From contig JAGLRQ010000052.1 of assembly GCA_023136205.1 (NCBI GenBank), positions 1-7,844 on the forward strand: a stretch of 7,844 nt of DNA. Direction: 5' to 3'. Origin of the DNA: Candidatus Auribacterota bacterium (GTDB lineage: Bacteria > Auribacterota > UBA6266). Positions within the stretch are counted from its first letter, which is position 1; every line of letters begins with the position of its first letter. A model generated the notes under the pieces. The model searched no databases and was not told where the DNA came from. It was given only the letters and a program-made list of their open reading frames with translations. The position numbers and the translations under genes were made by a program. This document shows positions 1 to 6,211 of the stretch, in pieces.

Positions 1-792
1 GAAGATATTATGAAGAGCATGGAGAAGCTTATTGAAAGGCCAAACGGTATTATTATAGCAACCGGCCCTACGGGTTGTGGAAAGACCACTACATTATATT
101 CATGTCTTAGAAGAATTAACAGAATTGAAGATAAAATAATTACCACTGAAGATCCTGTTGAATATGATATTGAAGGCATTATTCAGGTTGCTATTAATGA
201 AGGCATAGGCCTTACATTCGCGCGCTGTTTGAGAAGTATTCTCAGGCAGGATCCGGATAAAATAATGGTTGGTGAAATACGTGACCTTGAAACCGCTGAA
301 ATAGCGGTCCAGGCATCTCTAACAGGCCATCTGGTTTTTTCCACCCTTCATACGAATGATGCGGCTGGCAGTATAACCAGAATGATAGATATGGGCGCGG
401 AACCTTTTCTTATTACATCTACTTTGCAGGCGATATTGGCACAGAGGCTTCTAAGGACAATATGTCCAAAATGTAAAACTGAATTTAAGCCTACCGAAGA
501 AATGCTTATGGAAATTGGGTTAACGCCGGAAGACATTAAGGGAAAGAAACTTTATTATGGAAAGGGTTGCGATAATTGCAACAAGTCTGGTTATAAAGGG
601 CGTATTGGCGTGTATGAATTGCTTCTTGTCACAGATGAAATAAGAGAACTTGTTATGGAAAAAGCGCCTGCTGTCGCTATTAAAGAAAAAGCCAGGGAGC
701 TGGGGATGGTAACGCTTCATGATGATGCTATCCTGAAGCTGTATGATGGATTAACTACGATTGAGGAAGTAGCGGTCTGGACAGAATCTTAG
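1..792 (+). CDS. pilB: Type IV pilus assembly / type II secretion ATPase of the PilB/GspE family. This is the C-terminal part; the 5' end lies outside the window.
   Basis: The frame is open from nt 1 (E-D-I precedes the first Met at 10), so the gene is truncated by the window edge. Walker A is GPTGCGKTT (nt 64-90). The Asp box / Walker B region reads [12 protein letters not shown], and the His box reads [15 protein letters not shown]. The tetracysteine Zn motif CPKC...CDNC is followed by [10 protein letters not shown], typical of GspE/PilB hexameric ATPases. The choice of pilB over gspE rests only on context (adjacent platform gene plus a sigma-54 two-component pair). Confidence 0.92.
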   Translation, partial: EDIMKSMEKLIERPNGIIIATGPTGCGKTTTLYSCLRRINRIEDKIITTEDPVEYDIEGIIQVAINEGIGLTFARCLRSILRQDPDKIMVGEIRDLETAEIAVQASLTGHLVFSTLHTNDAAGSITRMIDMGAEPFLITSTLQAILAQRLLRTICPKCKTEFKPTEEMLMEIGLTPEDIKGKKLYYGKGCDNCNKSGYKGRIGVYELLLVTDEIRELVMEKAPAVAIKEKARELGMVTLHDDAILKLYDGLTTIEEVAVWTES

Positions 793-810
793 TGCACAAG
801 ACATTAGATT

Positions 811-815
811 GGAGG
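811..815 (+). promoter_or_regulatory. Shine-Dalgarno sequence (GGAGG) for the platform-protein gene
   Basis: GGAGG at 811-815 lies 5 nt upstream of the ATG at 821. This argues that ATG 821 is the real start rather than the TTG at 809 used in the ORF track, because the TTG overlaps the SD itself. Confidence 0.6.
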
Positions 816-820
816 TATTA

Positions 821-2074
821 ATGCCGGCATATAATTATAAAGCTATGGATTCAAAAGGTAAGGAGCTCAGTGGCACAATTGAATCTAATAGTGTTAACGA
901 AGCCATTGCCACACTTAGAGGACAAGGCCTTTTTCCTACTAGTGTAACCGAACAGGATGTTAAAAAGCCCATGATGGGGGTACCCGGACAGAAGGGTAAA
1001 AAGAGCCTTTCACAGATAAATATAACTTTTGGCGGTGGAGTAAACAGCAAGGTATTGACTCTTTTTGTAAGGCAGCTTGCGACGTTGATTGACGCGGGGC
1101 TGCCCCTTTTAAGATGCCTTAATGTTTTAGGAAATCAGGAAAAAAATGTAACCTTGAAAAGAACTGTAGCAGAAGTTTCGGATATGGTGGAAGGTGGGAG
1201 TACTTTTTCGGAGGCCCTTGCGCATTATCCGAAAATTTTCAATAAGCTTTGTGTTAACATGGTCAAAGCTGGTGAAGCCGGCGGTGTTCTTGAGCTTGTA
1301 TTAAACAGGGTTGCTGATTTTATGGAAAAAAGCGAGAAATTGAAGTCCAAGGTAAAAGCGGCTATGATATATCCTGCTTTTGTTATTGCCGTGGCTGTTG
1401 GTGTTCTCGGGTTTTTGATAACGGTTATAGTCCCGAAGTTTGCAGACATGTTTGCCGATCTTAACTTGGATTTGCCGCCTATGACGCAGTTTCTTATAAC
1501 ATTGAGTGAAATTTTTATTAAACGCTGGTACCTGCCAATTATAGTTATATTTAGTATTGTTGTCACGATGAAGATTATATGCAGAACAAAAAAGGGCAAG
1601 CAGGCTATGGATACAATGAAGCTTTATATGCCGGTGTTTGGCTTTTTGGTCAGGAAAGTTGCTATTGCCAGGTTTACAAGAACCCTTGGAACATTGATTA
1701 CGAGCGGTGTGCCGATTTTGCAGGCCCTTTCAATAGTTAAAGATACTGTAGGCAATGAAGTTATTTCAACAGCAGTTGAGAATGTTCATGACAGCATAAG
1801 AGAGGGAGAATCAATTGTCGAACCGTTGAAACACAGCAAGGCATTTCCACCGGTGGTTGTCAGCATGATAGACGTGGGAGAAGAAACCGGTGAACTCGCG
1901 GAGATGTTAATAAAGATTGCGGATAATTACGATGAAGATGTGGATACTGCCGTAGATGGCATAACTTCTCTTCTGGAACCTGTTCTAATCGTCACACTTG
2001 CTGTTATTGTCGGCTTTATTGTTATAGCGATGTTTTTACCTCTGATAGCGCTTATAAGCAAGCTTTCGGCATAA
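821..2074 (+). CDS. pilC: Type IV pilus / type II secretion inner-membrane platform protein of the PilC/GspF family
   Basis: The N-terminus MPAYNYKAMDSKGKELSGTIE...EAIATLRGQGLFPTSV is characteristic of GspF/PilC. There are two T2SSF-type repeats (FVRQLATLIDAGLPLLRCL... and FTRTLGTLITSGVPILQAL...), each followed by hydrophobic TM segments. The C-terminal segment is DEDVDTAVDGITSLLEPVLIVTLAVIVGFIVIAMFLPL. The start is set at ATG 821 (SD at 811-815) rather than TTG 809. Confidence 0.92.
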   Translation: MPAYNYKAMDSKGKELSGTIESNSVNEAIATLRGQGLFPTSVTEQDVKKPMMGVPGQKGKKSLSQINITFGGGVNSKVLTLFVRQLATLIDAGLPLLRCLNVLGNQEKNVTLKRTVAEVSDMVEGGSTFSEALAHYPKIFNKLCVNMVKAGEAGGVLELVLNRVADFMEKSEKLKSKVKAAMIYPAFVIAVAVGVLGFLITVIVPKFADMFADLNLDLPPMTQFLITLSEIFIKRWYLPIIVIFSIVVTMKIICRTKKGKQAMDTMKLYMPVFGFLVRKVAIARFTRTLGTLITSGVPILQALSIVKDTVGNEVISTAVENVHDSIREGESIVEPLKHSKAFPPVVVSMIDVGEETGELAEMLIKIADNYDEDVDTAVDGITSLLEPVLIVTLAVIVGFIVIAMFLPLIALISKLSA

Positions 2075-2109
2075 AAAAGCCAAAAGCACAAAATCTTTTT
2101 GAGAATTGG

Positions 2110-3465
2110 ATGAGCCTCAGGCAAAAATTCATTATCGCGATTTTCTTTTTTATGGTTCTTGTTTCCGGTCTTTTTTTTGTCTTTTTCACTGCTCTTTATT
2201 CAAAAGCGCTTATTCTGCAGGAAAATAACGTTTCGGGTTTTGGATATCTCATAACTGAAATGATAGAATTAAAACTAGCCGGAGTTAAATCTTCTGAAGA
2301 GGCAGAGGATGTTCTCAAAGGTTTATCGGACAAGATTTCTTACATGGTGGATGTTGGGGTGGCTAAGGAAAACGGCGGGATAAAGGGCCGTTCCTATGAT
2401 ATTTATATAGATAAATATGAAGATGGGTTTTTTGTATATGCTGATATTGACAGGACAAAGCTTCCCGGACAAATAATATTTAACACTCTTGAAATCACGG
2501 TTTTAATAATTGTGTTAAGCATACTTATTTTAGTGTGGCTTGTATATGTAATGGTTTCACGTTTTATGCTAAGGCCCCTTGAGAAATTAGAAAAGGGGGT
2601 AGAAAGAATAAGCAGGGAAAATTACAGCCGCCTGGTCCCTTCTTATGAGGGTAAAGATGAAATTTCTGTGCTTATAACAGCGTTCAATAAAATGATGAAG
2701 GAATTGAGGGAGTTTAAAACCAGGGCAGAAGACAAGCTGACAACCATGCAAAAAGAAGTGAAACAGAAGGAAAGACAAATGATCATTGCCCAACGCCTGG
2801 CTTCCGCCGGCCAGCTTGCTGCCGGAATTGCCCATGAGATAAACAATCCTCTCGGAGGTATGTTAAATGCCGCTTTTCAGTTAAGCAAACAAAAGGACTT
2901 AAATAAGAAAGACAAGGAATATGTTGATCTTATAGTGGAAGGTTTACAACGTATCAGGGAAACTGTGAGAAAAATTCTCAGGGTCAGATTTTCACAGCAC
3001 AGGACAGAAGCAATACCTATTGATGTTAATGAAGCTGTGTGCAAATCCATTGCTTTTATCCAGCATAAATTGAAGGAAAAAGAAGTCAAATTATTTAAGG
3101 ATTTAGATAAAACCGGCAAAAAAATAACCGGGGATTTCTCCGATATCCAGCAGGCGTTTTTGAATATTCTTATAAATGCTGTTGATGCTGTTGACAAAGT
3201 TGGAAAGATAAATATAACGACAAAAGCTGATGACAGATTTGTGACTGTGGAAATAACCGACAATGGCTGCGGGATAGATAACAACGAAATGCCAAGAATA
3301 TTTGACCTTTTCTATAGTTCAAAGATATCCGGTAAAGGTGTGGGCCTTGGGCTCTCTATAACGCATAATATTATCAGAAGTCATAATGGGATGATAGATG
3401 TAACCAGCGAAAAGGGTAAGGGGTCAACATTCAAGATAAAGCTTCCGGTAGCTGAAAGCGAATAG
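2110..3465 (+). CDS. Membrane sensor histidine kinase with architecture TM1, ~95-aa extracytoplasmic domain, TM2, HAMP, DHp, HATPase_c. It is PilS-like by position only.
   Basis: There are two hydrophobic segments (about aa 7-29 and aa 126-150). A HAMP-like segment follows TM2 (RFMLRPLEKLEKGVERI...ISVLITAFNKMMKEL), then a coiled-coil linker. The H-box is AAGIAHEINNPLGG, with the phospho-His codon at nt 2833-2835. The N-box is FLNILINAVDA, G1 is ITDNGCGI, the F-box is IFDLFYSSK and G2 is GKGVGLGLSI. Confidence 0.9.
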   Translation: MSLRQKFIIAIFFFMVLVSGLFFVFFTALYSKALILQENNVSGFGYLITEMIELKLAGVKSSEEAEDVLKGLSDKISYMVDVGVAKENGGIKGRSYDIYIDKYEDGFFVYADIDRTKLPGQIIFNTLEITVLIIVLSILILVWLVYVMVSRFMLRPLEKLEKGVERISRENYSRLVPSYEGKDEISVLITAFNKMMKELREFKTRAEDKLTTMQKEVKQKERQMIIAQRLASAGQLAAGIAHEINNPLGGMLNAAFQLSKQKDLNKKDKEYVDLIVEGLQRIRETVRKILRVRFSQHRTEAIPIDVNEAVCKSIAFIQHKLKEKEVKLFKDLDKTGKKITGDFSDIQQAFLNILINAVDAVDKVGKINITTKADDRFVTVEITDNGCGIDNNEMPRIFDLFYSSKISGKGVGLGLSITHNIIRSHNGMIDVTSEKGKGSTFKIKLPVAESE

Positions 3466-3600
3466 TGATAAAAATTAATTGCAAAATTAAAATACAGAGA
3501 AAAATAAATAAAATTTAAATATGCATCCTTTTTACAATCCTGTTAATCTTGTCAGAAAAAGTTTTTAATTATTTTTTAAAAATTGGAATTAAATCGGGGA
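3466..3600 (+). promoter_or_regulatory. AT-rich intergenic spacer and candidate internal promoter/regulatory region upstream of the response-regulator gene
   Basis: This is the only long non-coding gap between genes in the window; the others are 36 nt or less, or overlap. By hand count it has 26 G/C in 135 nt (~19% GC). A-tracts start near 3470, 3483, 3489, 3500 and 3510, and there is a T6A5 block at 3572-3582. A TACAAT (-10-like) lies at 3533-3538 and a TTGTCA (-35-like) at 3549-3554, but I could not pair any -35/-10 with proper spacing. Only the region is called, not a specific promoter. Confidence 0.35.
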
Positions 3601-4965
3601 ATGGTCAAAAAAGTGAAGATTCTACTTGTAGATGATGAAAAAACCATAAGGCTTACATTGTCCGATAGCCTTAGAGAAGCCGGTTTTATAGTTAAAGCTA
3701 TAGAAAATGGACAGAATGCGAAAAATATTCTGAAACAGGAAAAGTTTGATTGTGTTATCTCGGATATTCGCCTTCCCGGCATAGATGGGGTTTCCCTGTT
3801 GAAATTTACAAAAGAACATTTTTCTGATACAGAGGTAATTCTTATAACTGGTTTTGGTGATGTTGAACAGGCTGTTGAGGCGGTGAAAGCCGGCGCAAAC
3901 GATTATATTATGAAACCGTTTATGAACGATGAAGTTATCCTTCGCCTGAAAAAGATCACCGAAGTAAAAAGATTGAAAGATGAGAACGTAAAACTTAAAC
4001 AGCAGCTTGTGGAAAATGCGCGCTTTGGAGAATTTGTGGGGAAAAGTAAGCAGATGCGCGAACTTTTTAAACTCATTGAGACTATTTCAAAAACAGACTC
4101 CTCTGTTCTTATATGCGGCGATTCAGGAACGGGAAAGGAGCTTGTCGCAAATTCTATTCATTACAGTAGTTACCGCAAGAATAAACCGTTTGTAAAGCTT
4201 AGCTGTGCGGTTTTTCCGGAAACCCTTCTGGAAGATGAACTTTTTGGGCACGAAAAAGGAGCCTATACGGACGCAAAGGCTAGAAAAACGGGAAGGTTTG
4301 AACAGGCAAACGGGGGGACTATTTTTCTTGATGATATTGATGATATGAGTTTAAAATTGCAGGTTAAACTGTTAAGAATTCTCCAGGAAAGGTGTTTTGA
4401 ACGCCTTGGAGGAACACAGACAATACAAATAGATATAAGGGTTATAGCAGCAACAAAGAATGACCTGGGGAAGTTAGTCGAAGAAGGCCTTTTCAGAAAA
4501 GATCTTTTTTATAGATTAAATGTTATCCCCATTTTTATACCGCCGCTCGCGGAACATCCCGAAGATATCCAGTTACTTGCTGAACATTTTATAAAACTTT
4601 ACGGTAAGGGCAGAAAATATTATATTCAGCCGGGGACACTTAAGGCCATAATGGAATACAAATGGCCGGGAAATGTTAGAGAGCTTGAAAATTCAATAGA
4701 AAGAGCGATTGCTTTTGCAGGTGAATCAAGGGAGCTTGAAATGGATCATCTTGTGCTCTCATCCCGGCAAAGTTTTATTCCCGGAGAAAATGACCCCGCA
4801 AAATTAAGAGATTTTCTTAATAAGGTTTCGGCGGAGCATATTTCAAAAATTCTTGCGCAGGTTAAGGGAAGGAAAACCGAGGCTGCGCGAATTTTGGGAA
4901 TAAGCCGGAAATGTTTGTGGAAAAAAATAAAAGACATGGGAATTAATAAGAAACATCAGGGGTAA
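3601..4965 (+). CDS. Sigma-54-dependent (NtrC-family) response regulator / bacterial enhancer-binding protein with REC, AAA+ and Fis-type HTH domains. It is PilR-like by position.
   Basis: The receiver domain reads KILLVDDE...CVISDIRLPG, with the phospho-acceptor Asp codon at 3763-3765, and ends ...KPF. AAA+ Walker A is GDSGTGKE. The ELFGHEKGAYTDA loop (nt 4258-4275) is the GAFTGA-equivalent. Walker B is GGTIFLDDIDD. The R-finger region is FRKDLFYRLNV and sensor II is WPGNVRELEN. The C-terminal HTH is AARILGISRKCLWKKIKDMGI. The start is uncertain: ATG 3601 (MVKKVKILLVDDE, a typical REC N-terminus) is preferred over the in-frame TTG at 3583. Confidence 0.92.
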   Translation: MVKKVKILLVDDEKTIRLTLSDSLREAGFIVKAIENGQNAKNILKQEKFDCVISDIRLPGIDGVSLLKFTKEHFSDTEVILITGFGDVEQAVEAVKAGANDYIMKPFMNDEVILRLKKITEVKRLKDENVKLKQQLVENARFGEFVGKSKQMRELFKLIETISKTDSSVLICGDSGTGKELVANSIHYSSYRKNKPFVKLSCAVFPETLLEDELFGHEKGAYTDAKARKTGRFEQANGGTIFLDDIDDMSLKLQVKLLRILQERCFERLGGTQTIQIDIRVIAATKNDLGKLVEEGLFRKDLFYRLNVIPIFIPPLAEHPEDIQLLAEHFIKLYGKGRKYYIQPGTLKAIMEYKWPGNVRELENSIERAIAFAGESRELEMDHLVLSSRQSFIPGENDPAKLRDFLNKVSAEHISKILAQVKGRKTEAARILGISRKCLWKKIKDMGINKKHQG

Positions 4966-4969
4966 TTTA

Positions 4970-6178
4970 ATGAAGATTCTTGTTATCAACGCGGGAAGTT
5001 CATCTTTGAAATTTTCTTTTTTCGAGATGAAAAAGCAGCAAGTTCTTGCCGATGGGGTAATTGAAAGAATAGGGCAGGAAGGGACAATCTGTAAATATGT
5101 AAAAGCGGGATGTGAAGCTGTCGTTGGAAAAGCTGAAAGCAATAACTACAGAGGCGCGCTTAATGAAATGGTAAAATTTCTTATGCATGAGGAGTATGGA
5201 GTGATTGCTTCTATTGATGAGATCCAGGCTATTGGCCACCGTGTTGTTCATGGCGGAGAATATGTTTCCAGGCCGGTTCTTATAGACAATAAGGTAAAGG
5301 GGATTATAAAAAGCTGTTTTGAACTTGCCCCTTTGCATAATCCGCCAAACTATATGGGAATAGTTGCGTGCGAAGAAATATTTCCAAACATTAAACAGGT
5401 GGGAGTATTTGATACTGCATTCCACCAAAGCATCCCCAAACACGCTTTCCTTTATGGTTTGCCGCATGATCTCTATGAATATGATGGAATAAGAAGGTAT
5501 GGCTTTCACGGGACATCACATAGGTATATTGCCAGAAAATACGCGGAAACACTTCATAAAAAAAAGGATGAAGTAAATATAATTTCTGTGCATTTGGGGA
5601 ATGGATGCAGCATGACGGCTGTTAAAAACGGGAAGTCAATTGATACAAGTATGGGGTTTACTCCGCTTGAAGGGCTTGTGATGGGAACAAGGTGTGGCGA
5701 TATAGACCCTGCTATTGTATTTCATTTGATGGAGCATAAGGGTTATTCCAGAAATGAGATTGATAAGCTGCTTAATAAAAAAAGCGGCCTCCTTGGGCTT
5801 GCAGGGATAGAAACATCCGATATGAGGGATATACTTAAGGCTATTGAGAAAGGGAATGAAAAAGCCGTTGCAGCTCTTGATGTGTACTGTTACAGGATAA
5901 AGAAGTATGTAGGAGCATACACTGCGGTTATTGAAGGAGTCGAAGCGCTCGTGTTTACTGCTGGAATAGGGGAAAATGTTCCGCTTGTCAGGACTAAAGT
6001 TTGTGAAGGACTAAGGGATATCGGTTATGAAATAGATGAGGGCAAGAACAGTAAAAATGAAATAATTATAAGCACGGAAAGCTCCAGGTCGAAAATAATG
6101 GTGATACCAACCCACGAAGACCTGGAAATTGCGAGGGATACCCTCCAAGTATTAATTGACGAAAAACTTTTTCAGTAG
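4970..6178 (+). CDS. ackA: Acetate kinase
   Basis: The N-terminus MKILVINAGSSSLKFSFFE is canonical. Further motifs are GHRVVHGG, LAPLHNPPN, VFDTAFHQSIP, RRYGFHGTSHRY, SVHLGNGCS, DTSMGFTPLEGLVMGTRCGDIDP, FTAGIGEN and VIPTHEDLEIA. The length (402 aa) is typical. The ATG lies 4 nt after the regulator's TAA stop, with AGGGG about 8 nt upstream. Confidence 0.97.
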   Translation: MKILVINAGSSSLKFSFFEMKKQQVLADGVIERIGQEGTICKYVKAGCEAVVGKAESNNYRGALNEMVKFLMHEEYGVIASIDEIQAIGHRVVHGGEYVSRPVLIDNKVKGIIKSCFELAPLHNPPNYMGIVACEEIFPNIKQVGVFDTAFHQSIPKHAFLYGLPHDLYEYDGIRRYGFHGTSHRYIARKYAETLHKKKDEVNIISVHLGNGCSMTAVKNGKSIDTSMGFTPLEGLVMGTRCGDIDPAIVFHLMEHKGYSRNEIDKLLNKKSGLLGLAGIETSDMRDILKAIEKGNEKAVAALDVYCYRIKKYVGAYTAVIEGVEALVFTAGIGENVPLVRTKVCEGLRDIGYEIDEGKNSKNEIIISTESSRSKIMVIPTHEDLEIARDTLQVLIDEKLFQ

Positions 6179-6211
6179 CCGGAATGAAGAATAATAGGTT
6201 TCTTTGTATAA

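Noticed and set aside
809-820. Alternative upstream TTG starts from the ORF track: TTG 809 for the platform protein and TTG 3583 for the response regulator.
   Set aside because: TTG 809 overlaps the GGAGG SD (811-815) that is correctly spaced for ATG 821. For the regulator, MVKKVKILLVDDE from ATG 3601 is a canonical receiver N-terminus, and the six extra residues (MELNRG) add nothing recognisable. TTG 3583 cannot be strictly excluded.
871-885. A TGGCAC hexamer (sigma-54 -24-like) at 871-876, and another at 437-442.
   Set aside because: Neither is followed at N5 by the -12 TTGC element. The downstream bases are AATC and CTTC respectively. Both are inside coding sequence with no gene start downstream at a sensible distance. 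TGGCAG at 6629-6634 also fails the spacing, because TTGC comes about 11 nt later.
2171-2178. Homopolymer tracts of 8 nt inside coding regions as possible phase-variation switches: T8 at 2171-2178 (kinase), A8 at 5558-5565 (ackA) and A8 at 6551-6558 (phosphoesterase).
   Set aside because: All three genes are intact and in frame. The tracts encode Phe- or Lys-rich stretches expected in a low-GC genome. Eight nt is at the low end for slipped-strand switching. There is no evidence of variation from a single sequence.
3541-3556. A TGTC-containing stretch (CTGTTAATCTTGTCAG) as a possible PilR-type autoregulatory binding site.
   Set aside because: Only a 4-nt core resembles the Pseudomonas PilR site. 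There are no tandem repeats of the motif and no associated sigma-54 promoter downstream.
3521-3568. A 15-codon mini-ORF (MHPFYNPVNLVRKSF*) in the kinase-regulator spacer, as a possible leader peptide.
   Set aside because: It has no SD upstream (pure A/T) and no downstream terminator/antiterminator structure. It is short enough to arise by chance in 135 nt.
5000-5509. A 169-aa ORF antisense to ackA. Similar antisense ORFs lie at 2877-3284 (135 aa, inside the kinase gene) and 1225-1599 (124 aa, inside the platform gene).
   Set aside because: Each lies entirely within a + strand gene whose translation carries unmistakable family motifs. The antisense translations are motif-free, rich in F/I/N/K/S as expected from reading AT-rich coding DNA backwards, and have no visible SD. 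They are treated as frame artefacts.
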